NCBI RefSeq assembly: GCF_006345805.1
Contig: NW_021836388.1
Coordinates: 1 to 24,885 of the forward strand
Reading direction: 5' to 3'
Origin: Octopus sinensis
Lineage: Eukaryota
Length of the DNA: 24,885 bases
Both the position numbers and the translations under genes were made by a program. The notes under the pieces were generated by a model. It saw nothing but the letters and a program-made list of their open reading frames with translations. It was not told where the DNA came from and did not search any database. Positions 1 to 10,814 of the stretch are shown piece after piece. Each line of letters opens with the position of its first letter. Position 1 is the first letter of the stretch.

Positions 1-202
1 TTCTGCCTCCCACGATTTCAGTAAACTCTACTGCTTCTTTCAAACTCTAGTCACAAGTATGCTAATGAAGTATTTATTCATATTTGGTCCTCTGTGTTCT
101 TGATTTTTACGTATGTCACTGTTGCGCGTATGTTGAAACAACGACAAATCGAATTGGCTGATGAAACTTGGAGCTGTTCCTTCTATTATATGTATGTATG
201 TA

Positions 203-435
203 TATCACGTGATCACGTGACCGACCAGTCCATCAGATGTAGTTACACATCGCTGGTCACAATGCGCTTCGCATTGTTTTAGCCTTCGAATGACGCCACC
301 CCGCTGGCTAAGCGAGCAGGCCAACAGAAGAAAGAGTGGGAGAAAGAGTGGTGAAAGAGTACAGCAGGGATCATCACCCCCTGCCGGAGCATCGTGGAGC
401 TTTTAGGTGTTTTCGCTCAATAAGCACTCACAATG
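203..435 (-). mobile_element. SINE family E, 5'-truncated (tRNA head missing)
   Basis: GC-richer island between (TATG)n runs. It matches my recollection of an abundant Octopus SINE body (tcacgtgatcacgtgaccgaccag...gtgttttcgctcaataa.cactcacaa) and breaks off where the tRNA-like head would start. No second copy in the window. Confidence 0.6.
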
Positions 436-500
436 ATGTATGTATATGTATATGCGTGTATGTGTGAAAATGTGTATGTATATATATATATATATACATA

Positions 501-534
501 CATAGGTGCAGGCATGGCTGTGTGCATAGGCGCA
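501..534 (+). mobile_element. Stub of SINE family A head
   Basis: cataggtgcaggcatggctgtgtg matches the 5' end of family A copies (e.g. 10308), followed by a repeated cataggcgca. Confidence 0.5.
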
Positions 535-1164
535 TATATATAAAAAACTTACCAAAATGATTATCAAAGGACAGTACCTATACTAACGAAGTAAACTCGA
601 GTAAATGTATCCAAAACATTACCGTGGGGTGCTTAAGAAAGTTTACTCTCAGAAATATTCCCGAGAATCCCACCTATTGGCCATAATGGGGCAAGTCTAA
701 GTCCAACGGTTTCTACAACTGGTCAGATACAATTTGAACCGAGGTCACAAGTAAAAACCGCTACAATGGAAATGTCAATAAAAATAAAGAAGAAACGATA
801 AAGGGTCCGGCGGGGTTGGATACAATGATATGAGTGGTGCCGGGCCGCTTATGAGGCAACTGCCAAAAAGGCAAGTAGCCGCGGGTGATAGTTAAGGGGG
901 AAGGGCAACTAGTGCAGGTAATTCGGTGATTCCTTCAGCCTATTAGGGAATGGATTTGGACTTAGCCTCATGTAGTGAATTGTGGTAACAATAAGATACA
1001 TACAGGTACCCAAGGAAAAGAGCATCTTATTGGTACACCACAATGCACAAATAAAACGCTACTTACAATTAGGCGGTTAATATTTAAGACCAAGTCACAC
1101 GTTAAATTTCTCGCAAATGATTCTGTGAAAAATATCGGATAAATCTCCCTCATATCAAAAACTA

Positions 1165-1509
1165 AAGGGTAAAGACCCCCTTCGGTCATGAATGACCATG
1201 GGATTGCACCTAGAAAGTTACCCTCCTAGACACAAGTCCGGGCAAGGTTGTTTTTATGGAAGACCAGCAGTCGCCCATGCATACCAGCCTCCCCTCTCCA
1301 CGCCACCAGTGTTATCCAAGGGAAAGACAAAGGTCGATACAGCTTGGCACCAGTGACGTCGCAACTCATTTCTACAGCTGAGTGAACTGGAGCAACGTGA
1401 AATAAAGTGCCTTGCTCAAGAACACAACACGCAGCCCGGTCCGGGATTCGAGCTCACAACCTCACGATCGTAAGCTCGACACTCTAACCACTGAGCCATA
1501 CGCCTTCAC
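1165..1509 (-). mobile_element. Full-length tRNA-derived SINE (family D, CORE-like central domain) with target-site duplication
   Basis: Minus strand has an A-box TGGCTCAGTGG, a B-box-like GCTCGAATCCC, the central ttgagcaaggcactttatttcacgttgctccagttcactcagctgtagaaatgagt and a ctttaccctt tail. Flanks are tatcaaaaacta (1153-1164) and tatcaaacacta (1510-1521), 11/12 identical. Confidence 0.9.
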
Positions 1510-1554
1510 TATCAAACACTACAGCCTTTAAAAACAGGTAGAAAATTGTTAACG

Positions 1555-1771
1555 CTTTCAAATTTCGACACCATGCCAGCATATTTAGGGGTTGAATGAG
1601 TCGATGACTCAAGAACTTATACTTAACTGGCACTTATTTTATCGACCCCCGAAAGGATTAAAAGTAAAGTCAACATCGGCGGAATCTCAACTCAAAATGT
1701 TAAGCCGAATGAAATGTTCGGAAGCAAGTTGTCCGGTTTGCTAACGTTTCTACCAGCTCGACGCCCGCCTT
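1555..1771 (-). mobile_element. Diverged SINE family B
   Basis: Reverse complement aligns with family B copies (ttatcgacccccgaaaggat...aaagtcaacatcggcggaat...gctaacgtttctaccagctcg). Confidence 0.8.
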
Positions 1772-1855
1772 AACAACGATGAAAATAATTACAGTAACTA
1801 CATTTCTTGCAGAGCGTCTCTGTTATGAGCAACAGTAACAACAACAACTGTAAAA

Positions 1856-2250
1856 GCAAGAGTGGCTGTGTGGTAAGTAGCTTGCTTACCAGCCACATGG
1901 TTCCAGGTTCATTTCCACTGCGTGGCACCTTGGGCCACTGTCTTCTTCTATAACCTCGGGCCGACCAAAGCCCTGTGAGTGGATTTCGTAGACGGAAACT
2001 GAAAGAAGCCCGTCGTATATATGTATATATATATATGTATGTGCGTGTATGTGTTTGTGTGTCTGTGTTTGTCCCCCCAACATCGCTTGACAACCGATGT
2101 TGGTGTGCTTACGTCCCCGTAACCTAGCGGTTCGGCAAAAGAAGCCGATATAATAAGTACTAGGTTTACAAACAAGTCCCAGAGTCGATTTGCTCCAGTA
2201 AAGGCCGTGCTCCCACATGGCCGCAGTCAAATGACTGAAACAAGGAAAGA
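1856..2250 (+). mobile_element. tRNA-derived SINE family A, near full length
   Basis: Head gagtggctgtgtggtaag...ggttca, internal (AT)n(GT)n, 3' end catggccgcagtcaaatgactgaaacaag; homologous to the copies at 2353, 10308, 15561 and 20342-21993. Confidence 0.9.
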
Positions 2251-2352
2251 GAGAGAGAGAGAGAGAGAGAGAGCAGAGAGAGCAGAAATTGTACAACAAC
2301 AACGAGGGTGACAATGACCAACGTAACAACAACAGTAACAATAACAACAACA

Positions 2353-2741
2353 GCAGACATGGCTGCGTGGTAAGAAGTTTGCTTCACAACCACATGGTTC
2401 CGGGTTCAGTCCCATTGCATGACACCTTGGGCAAGTGTCTTCTTCTGCTGCTTCGGGCCGACCAAAGCCTTGTGAGTAGATATGGTAGGTGGAAACCGAA
2501 GGAAGCCCATCGCGTATATAGATATATATACGATGGGCTATACGTGTGTGTGTATGTCTGTGTGTCTATATTTGTTACGCATCACGACGTTGGTGCGTTT
2601 ACATCCCCGTAACATAGGATAAGCACTAGGGCTCAAACAATAAGAAAAAGCACTGTGGTCGATTTATTTGAGCAAAAGTTCTTCAAGGCGTTGCCCCAGC
2701 ATGGCCGCAATCTAATGACTGAAAGGCGTAAAAGACAAAAG
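2353..2741 (+). mobile_element. SINE family A (more diverged)
   Basis: Same head (ggttcagtccc B-box-like), body and 3' end (gccccagcatggccgcaatctaatgactgaaa) as 1856-2250. Confidence 0.9.
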
Positions 2742-2859
2742 TTTAATCGGTAAAAGATTGCAGCATTAACAGCAATAAGGAAAATAACTGGAGCAACAAC
2801 ATGTACAAGAACGATGAGAGAGAGCAGAGCAAAAAAAAGAGGGTCACAAAAAAACCCAC

Positions 2860-3250
2860 AAAAACAACATCAACAAACGGTAACAGTAAGCAGTGCTATA
2901 ACAACAACAACAACAGCAGCAACAACAAAACCAATAACAACAACAGTGGCACTAACGAATGCAGTAATAAAAATAACAATAACGGTGATAAAAAGAGAAG
3001 AGTAGCACTCAATTCGGTGCAGTAAGAGCGAATTTTTAGAATCACGGCTGTAATAGGAATATCAAAGCTGAATGGAAAATAATAGGGATGCGACGTTGGT
3101 GTGGAAGAAGATAAAGAAAACAAGTGTGTAGCCATTGATGTAGCCTAACAACGACAACAACAACAACAGCAATAATAATAATAAAATAATAATAATAATA
3201 ATAATGATGATGATGATAATAATAATAATAATAATAATAATTATAATAAA

Positions 3251-3282
<32 letters not shown>

Positions 3283-3285
3283 TAA

Positions 3286-3316
<31 letters not shown>

Positions 3317-3463
3317 AGTTATAATAATATAACAATACAAAAAATATAATAATATATAATAATAATAAAATAATAATAATAATAATAATAATAAATAATA
3401 AAAAATAATATAAAAAATACTAATAATAATAATAATAATAATAGTTATAATAATAATAACAAA

Positions 3464-3526
<63 letters not shown>

Positions 3527-4130
3527 TACAACAATGAAAATGATAACAACGGCAGTAGCAATTGGATCGAAATAGCAGCAACACCATAGCTCCTCCAGCA
3601 ACAGCACCGGCCTGAAAACTACCGTGGCCACCACCACCGTCGTCGCCACCACCACCGCCACCGCCGTCGCCACCACCACCACCACCACCACCACCACCAC
3701 CAGCATCACTAGCATTTCCAGTATCGACAGCATTACCAACAGTAACGATAGCAACAACAAAACTAACAAGTTTCTAATTTCTCCAAAGTAGTACAATAAA
3801 GTCAACGAGTAAGAACGACATCGCCATCACTAGCAACAACAACAATAACAAGAAGAAGAAGAAGAAGAAGAAGAAACAACGGTAACCGCAGCAACAGCAA
3901 GACCACCACCACCACCAAAACAACAACATCAACATCAACAGGAACACCGACACCGCCCTCTTTAAAAACAACAATAACAACAACGTCAATAACAAGAAGG
4001 TTTCAAGATGTCTAAATATAACAATAACATTAACAAGAACCAGAAGATCCCATCCACTGCCACCCCCCCCCCCAAAAAAAAAACCCACCACCGATAGCAA
4101 CAGCAACAACAAAAGCAACAACAGCAACAA

Positions 4131-4177
<47 letters not shown>

Positions 4178-4180
4178 ATT
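2860..4180. repeat. Compound trinucleotide low-complexity tract: (AAC)n, long (AAT)n at about 3174-3527, (ACC)n, (AAG)n, (AGC)n
   Basis: Directly visible triplet runs with short unique interruptions. Confidence 0.95.
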
Positions 4181-4344
4181 TTATCGTCAACAGACTGTAT
4201 AACATGCCGGGCCCATTGAGACTTGCGTCCGGATGAAAGAATTCTTAGAATTCAAAGAAAGGAAGTTGATTCTTTAGAAATTAGCTATTCATTAAATTCT
4301 ACAATTTTAGACTTCATTAGAGCATATATCGTGGAAATCAAACC

Positions 4345-4482
4345 GCTTATTATTATAATTATTATTATCATTAACGTCATCACCATCATTATCATCATCG
4401 TCATCATCGTCCCTATGCTTTGCAACGCACAACGCTATTATTTTTATTAATACAATATTTCTTAGCATTCTACATCATCATT

Positions 4483-4536
<54 letters not shown>

Positions 4537-4700
4537 GTTATTGATACGCTGTCTTCTTTTATATTTAGTTAGCATCCCTACCCGTCGTAATAATTACCAC
4601 CACCGCCACCATCCCAGCTCCATCCTCACCACCGCCACCACCACTATCATCATCACCATCATCATCATGATCAACGTTGCCGACAACACCGCCACTACCA
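4345..4700. repeat. (ATT)n / (ATC)n / (ACC)n microsatellites
   Basis: Visible runs, e.g. (ATT)n at 4478-4540. Confidence 0.9.
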
Positions 4701-5312
4701 GCATCTCCTCTTCACAGTTTTTGTAATTAACAATCGATGTTCTTCATATATATATATGTGTGTGTGTGCGTGTGGTGCGTATATGTATGTATGTATGTGT
4801 GTGTATATATATGTGCGTGCGTGTGTGTTTGTGTGTGTGTGTGTTTGTAGATGTGTATATATGCATGTATATATATATATATGCATATACAATCGCATGG
4901 AATGGGAAACCGTAGAACAGAATACAATTATATAACCAGCGATGCTTGCAGCAGAAATAGCGGTCATTTTAATTGCACAGATTTTCCTTCTAAAACATAT
5001 AAACATAGGAAAATTGAATGACAAAGAGAAAGAAAGAGAGGGAGAGAGAGGGAGAAAGAGAAAGAGAGAGTGCGACAGACAGACAGATACACCAGGTTGT
5101 ATCTACTTTGCATCTATTTTATTGTGAGACATTACATAACAGTGTACGGGTGTGCTTTCTGCATCAGCCAAGCTATCGTTTCTCTCAGAGACATATTGAA
5201 TGTGATGACAAATTGTAGTGTGGTGTATTTCTTGAATGTAAATTGGCCCAGTATTACACGAACGCATCTCGCCTATAAACTGTGACGAATCTCGTATATC
5301 ACACATCATTTC

Positions 5313-5504
5313 TATGTATGTATGTATGTATGTATGTATGTATGTATGTATGTATGTATGTATGTATGTATGTATGTATGTATGTACGTCTGATACATGT
5401 ATGTATGTGTGTATGTATACATATATATGTATATGTTTGTGTGTATATATATATAAGTATATATAGGTAAATATGTGTATATATATATATATATAATATA
5501 TATA

Positions 5505-5548
<44 letters not shown>

Positions 5549-5645
5549 GTATATACAGGTATATATGTGTATATATATATATGTGTGTGTGTATATATAT
5601 AAATATATAAATACATACATATATACATACATACGTACATACTAC

Positions 5646-5690
<45 letters not shown>

Positions 5691-5711
5691 ATATGTGTGT
5701 ATGTATGTATG

Positions 5712-5801
<90 letters not shown>
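5313..5801. repeat. (TATG)n followed by long compound (AT)n microsatellite
   Basis: Directly visible. Confidence 0.95.
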
Positions 5802-5804
<3 letters not shown>

Positions 5805-6299
5805 CACCATCGGTGTTAACACGTATCCGAATAGATCTGTAGGTATTGATTGTGCCCCTTCATCTTGATTGGTGCCAGGAATGGTGTGGCTCGCTGTTCA
5901 AGCCACACACACCACACACACACACACACACACATAATATTCTTTGTTGCATAAAACTCCAAATGGCCTATAAAATGCAATAGGGGTAGATGTATATGTT
6001 ATATAATAAAGCCGTTTCCATGATTTATGATCGAGAATTCCCGGATCAAAGAAGGGCTCTATCCTGAATAAGCAATGAAATATCTTGACGAGTTTCAGAT
6101 TCCGTAATTTAGCCTTGAATATGCGCATTCATCATCAAAAATATTGTCACCCGTTCATATCCAAAGATTTAAAATGTAGTCCATGGATCGCGCATCATTT
6201 TGTTGTGTGCAGTTAATACTTAATCAGAACATCTCTCTATCTTTTAGATGAAGATCCACGCCGAAGGCTCTTTCCCTACGTGCCCGTTCATATCTTCAC

Positions 6300-6958
6300 A
6301 TTACTACTACACAAGCACCACCACAGCCACAACCACAGCTACTACTACTATTATCATCACCACCACCACCACAATTACCACTACTACTACTACTACTGCA
6401 ACTACTACCATTACCACCAGCACCACAAATACTACTACTACTACTACCACCACCACCACCACAACTACAACACCAACTACCACTACCATTACCACCACCA
6501 CAAATACTACTACTACTATCACCACCACCACCAACATCACAACTACAACACCATCTACTACTACTTCTACTACCACCACCACCATCATCACCACCACCAC
6601 AACTACAACAACACCATCTACTACAACAAGAACTTCTACTACTACCATCACCATCACCTCCACAACTGCTACTACAACAACTACTACTACAACTACTACC
6701 ATTACCACCACCACCACCACAACAATTACTACTACTACTACTGCAACTACTACCATTACCACCACCACCACAAATACTACAACTACTATCACCACCACCA
6801 CCACAACTACAACACCAACTACTACTACTTCTACTACAACCACCACCACCACCATCACAACCACACACAACTACTACAACAACAACTTCTACTACTACCA
6901 TCACCACCACCATCACCTCCACAACTGCTACTACAAAAACTACTACTACAACAACTAT
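6300..6958 (+). repeat. Compound ACC/ACT/ACA triplet tract with a higher-order duplication of about 350 bp
   Basis: ACN periodicity. Landmark motifs actgcaactactaccattaccacc and acctccacaactgctactacaa each recur twice, in the same order. Confidence 0.9.
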
Positions 6959-7265
6959 TGTTTGGTCAGCCCCACCCACATCAACTTTTTAAGGCTTCAC
7001 TTGAAAAGGAAAGTAAGGGTCGTAGAGGGAAACGCTGCCTTGAAGTAACTTTATAAAAAAAGGTGGATGGGAGTGGCAACGACGGTCCAAATCAACGAAT
7101 GAGGTGGTTTCTCCGAGTGTGAAAGTTTGATGAGCAAAGATTGGAAGTTGGGAGAGTCCACTTGCTCGAAAAGACTAAGGGGGAATATGATAACTTATAA
7201 GTCTCAAAAGTCTCCCTATTCGCTTGAAATTTCTGTTCGTTTGTTTCTGTTATTTTACTCTTTAA

Positions 7266-7649
7266 TCTCTCTCTATATAAACGGCAGTTTGTCTGTCTGC
7301 GTGTCTGTGTGTCTGTTAGGTTGTACCCTCACCCTGACCACGGCTTTCAACCGATTCTGATGAAACTTGACACACTCGTAGCCCAATGTCATAATTCAAA
7401 ACTAACGCAGCGAAAATTTTGAAAAGTTCCCCCAGTTCTGACAAAAATCGATAAATTCGACATGGGGTCGAGAATCAGAAACACAAACCACAGACTGTCT
7501 AGGGGACGCAACTCGACCTTTTTAACTCTCAAACAAAAATTTACTATCATTTTTTTTCCATTTTTTGCTATTTTTTGGCTATAACTCTCTAAAAATGCTT
7601 TATAGTTATTTCCCTTACAAACCCGAGCAACGCCGGGCGATACTGCTAG
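7266..7649 (+). mobile_element. Complete non-autonomous Helitron (384 bp)
   Basis: 5' TC (tctctctctatataaac) and 3' CTAG (7646-7649); inserted between A and T with no TSD; GC-rich subterminal hairpin cccgagcaacgccggg (7622-7637); (GTCT)-like run near the 5' end. Confidence 0.88.
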
Positions 7650-7658
7650 TTCCTTATA

Positions 7659-7974
7659 CGTGCCATCCGTCCACTACAGAAATTATGCTCGTATCGTATC
7701 ACAACACTACGACAGAACGATTTCACCTCAACTGGCCCTGCTCTTTTCAACATCGTACCAGCCCACATAAAAGAGGAAAGTGGTTTCACGGTATTCAAAC
7801 GGTCCCTAAATGATTACCACCAATAAATACAAGACAAGCCACCCACACCCGGATATGTCTCAGAAAACAATAATTCTTTGCTCGAATGGACTATGGTGCC
7901 CAAGATCTGACTATGTAGCTCTTCCAGGTGGCGCCAACTTCGACCGGAACTTATCGGTAAGTAATTTCTAAGTA
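7659..7974 (+). mobile_element. 3' relic of a CR1/L2-group LINE (ORF2 C-terminus pseudogene plus 3' UTR)
   Basis: 7659-7910 translates to RAIRPLQKLCSYRITTLRQNDFTSTGPALFNIVPAHIKEESGFTVFKRSLNDYHQ*IQDKPPTPGYVSENNNSLLEWTMVPKI*. This resembles the F...G..LFN.LP..(x)..FK..LD C-terminal pattern of CR1-group ORF2. One premature stop; TAAGTAATTT tandem tail. Confidence 0.8.
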
Positions 7975-8807
7975 CTGTATTTACCAGTGTATAAGCCGCA
8001 CCCGTGTATAAACCGCACCCCTGATTTTCGGTGCATTTACCAGTACTTTAAGGTATGGTAATGAAATTCCAGTCGACTTGATTTGTATTCCTTTGTAGTA
8101 TTGGTGTTGGCGATGAAACTTACCTTTCCCGGTCCAAGAGGATTCTTAATAAATGCACTTATCTCCCCTTATATGAAATAATTTTTCCTATTTCATTTTA
8201 ATTTACTTGTTACCTTGTAAATACATTTCCTCAATCGAGTTCAAGAATAAATCATATCGCTCCCCCCTCTCTCTCTCTCGTTTTCCTACGCAGCGAGATA
8301 AGTCACACATCCGGGTCACCAAACATTAGTTGTTTACGCCGTAGACCTGAGGATTAGAGAACGCGTAGGTAATTCGCAGTAAATCAGAGGGTGATCAGCT
8401 ATCAATCATAGAGCATTTGTCGGACAAAAGGTAAGTTTTTACAAAAATTCTCGCTACTTTTCTACCGGCACACGTTCCTCTTCTACAGGGTTGCAACACT
8501 AACGAAGCGAAGGCTGCAATTGAGACGACACCGGCGCAAGTTGGTTTGGAATATTGCGCAATGTTTAGAGCGTACGACGGAAAAAAATGGACGATGACAC
8601 TGGAATAAGATGTACAAACAGTTTCTTTTACTAGTTTTAACGGCAAGAATTGTAAGGGGCGCTAGTACCACGTGAATCTTGGATTATTACATGAAATAAC
8701 GCTCGGGTTTTAGACCGACTTTTCCTTCTACCCGTGTATAAGCCGCACCCCACTTTTCCTGGGTTTCCCGTCGGAAAAAAGTGCAGTTATTACACCGGCA
8801 AATACGG
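7975..8807. mobile_element. Non-autonomous Tc1/mariner-superfamily (pogo/Tigger-like) TIR element, 833 bp
   Basis: Imperfect TIRs of about 27 bp (left ctgtatttaccagtgtataagccgcac; right reverse complement ccgtatttgccggtgtaataactgcac). TA duplication at 7973-7974 and 8808-8809. Subterminal repeat gtgtataa(g/a)ccgcaccc twice at left and once at about 8734. No transposase ORF. Confidence 0.88.
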
Positions 8808-8814
8808 TAATTTA

Positions 8815-8970
8815 CATCCTTTCTACTATAGGCACAAGGCCTGGAATTTGTGGGGAGGGATATAGTTGATTACATCGACACCAGTACTTGACTGATACTT
8901 AATTTAGCGACACCGAAACGATGAAAGGCATAGTCGACCTCGGCAGAATTTGAACTCAGAACAGTGCGAC
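8815..8970 (-). mobile_element. SINE family B, 5'-truncated, tail variant ggccttgtgcctatagtagaaagga
   Basis: Reverse complement matches the family B core (gatgaaaggcatagtcgacctcggcagaatttgaactcagaac). Confidence 0.85.
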
Positions 8971-9304
8971 ACACTGACATTCAAATTTATTATATTAGAT
9001 TTGTTTAATTTTGGGGAAACTTTATTTCAATTAAAGTATATTTTATGTGTGTGTGTGTGTATGTATGTGTGTGTTTATTAAAGAAAGCAAAAAACAAAAC
9101 AAAAATGATAGATCCAGTATGTTGGCGAAAGGAATTTCTGTCAAAGAGACACGAAAAAATAAATAAATAGTTACCCGGGTAACAAAAATCTCACAAGTAA
9201 AGCGGTTGTAACTCCTTGTTTATAAATCCGTCATATATATATGTACACACACACACACACACACACACAGAGGCACACATATATATATATGTGTGTGTAC
9301 ATAT

Positions 9305-9468
9305 ATATATGACGGATTTCTTCCCGCTTCCTGCTACCAAATCCATGCACAAAGATTTGATCGGCTCGAGTCTTCAGTAGAAGACACTAGCCCAGGGTGC
9401 CAGGCAGTGGGACTGAACTCGGAACCATATTGGGAAGTAAACTACTTACCACCCAGCCATGTCTGCGA
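9305..9468 (-). mobile_element. SINE family A, 5' half
   Basis: Reverse complement of the head and body (cagtgggactgaactcggaacc...cttaccacccagccatgtctgcg), flanked by (AT)/(CA) runs. Confidence 0.85.
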
Positions 9469-9519
9469 CTGTATGCATATATTTATATAATTACATATAT
9501 ATATATATACATATATATC

Positions 9520-9597
<78 letters not shown>

Positions 9598-10039
9598 GTG
9601 TGCGTGTGTGTGTATAGACTACCAGTATGGTAATATAATATTGGCGGTTCTTTAAAAAAATGCTGGCGATATTGAATATTAACGTACCAAATAGATTAAG
9701 AAATGCCTTTATTGTTGCACATTTTCCTTCCTTGAATACTTTCCTTATTGTATAAAGTTAATCCTTTTGTTCTTTTTTTTTTTATACTGCACTTTAGTGA
9801 CCGAATTATAGCGATGAATATACTTGAAATTAAATTGTAAATAAATTTTATGCGGTGTATCAAATCGATAGATATTAGAACAGTTTTACATTATAAAATG
9901 AAGTAAATATATTTTCAATTTAGGAGCAAAAAAAAATCGATGACAACGAAACATTTAAAGAACAAAATGTTTACGTAAAGCAATAGGAATGTTTTTAAAA
10001 GCTCCATCACTAACGTACTCTGTGTGTGAACTTATTCCA

Positions 10040-10220
10040 ATATCCGTTCCTTCTATGCTCTCGAGCTTATTGGGCAACAAGATGGCGCCACTGGTTACTA
10101 CTGCCTGACGTTTGCGCTGCATCCGGCGATGTGATATTGGCCTCTCTCATCTCGGTTAGGAATACTATGCGCCATGTTGTTTTCTGTCTTCTACCTTTTC
10201 TTGTCCTATGGTGGCCATTT
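10040..10220 (-). mobile_element. RTE-like LINE ORF C-terminal relic, copy 1
   Basis: Minus strand reads TRKGRRQKTTWRIVFLTEMREANITSPDAAQTSGSSNQWRHLVAQ*, resembling the RTE C-terminal R.RGRP..TW...D......W..A...A.DR..WR pattern. Homologous to 10815-10995. Confidence 0.72.
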
Positions 10221-10307
10221 CAAAGCTGTGTTAAAATGGTATTGTTCTTGTAGCCGGACTATGTTCTCTGTTGGTTTTATATTCGTACCTTACGTGTGAA
10301 AATAGTA

Positions 10308-10716
10308 ATAGGCGCAAGCGTGGCTGTGTAGCAAGAGGTGCTTTCAATCCTCAGTGTTCCAGGTTCAGTCTCACCGTGTGAAATCTTGGGCAAATATCTT
10401 TTATTATAACCACGGGCCAATCAAAGCCTTCTGAGTGGATTTGATTGATGGAAACTGAAAGAAGCCCGTCATATAAATATATACGTGTGTGTGTGTGTCG
10501 TTTTGCCTGTTTTTCTCTCACCACCAGCATTTGACAACAGGTGTTGGTGTGTTTACACCACTGTAAACTTGCGGTTCGGCAAAAGGAATCGATTGAATAA
10601 GTACCAGGCTATCAAAAAAAAAAAAAATTCCTGGTGTCGATTCGTTCAACAAAGAATTCTTCAAGGCGGTGCCCCAGCATCGCTGCAGTCTAATAACTGA
10701 AACAATTAAAAGATAA
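10308..10716 (+). mobile_element. SINE family A, full length, diverged
   Basis: ataggcgcaagcgtggctgtg head through gcagtctaataactgaaacaattaaaagataa tail. Confidence 0.9.
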
Positions 10717-10814
10717 CAGACGCCCTCCAAACATTCATATCTTTATATTTTTTATACTTTCTATACTTTCATACCTTCCGTACATCATCCATTTATTCTT
10801 TGGTGTCAGTTTAA

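Noticed and set aside
4190-4345. Unique stretch after caacag as a possible exon
   Set aside because: All three frames after this AG stop within about 45 nt, and no recognisable protein.
1770-5819. Many ORFs rich in poly-I/L/Y/N or YI/CV/MYVC repeats
   Set aside because: Read-throughs of stop-free microsatellites and SINEs; no domain-like sequence.
8395-8671. Short ORFs inside the TIR element as a transposase
   Set aside because: No DDE/DDD or HTH motifs; too short.
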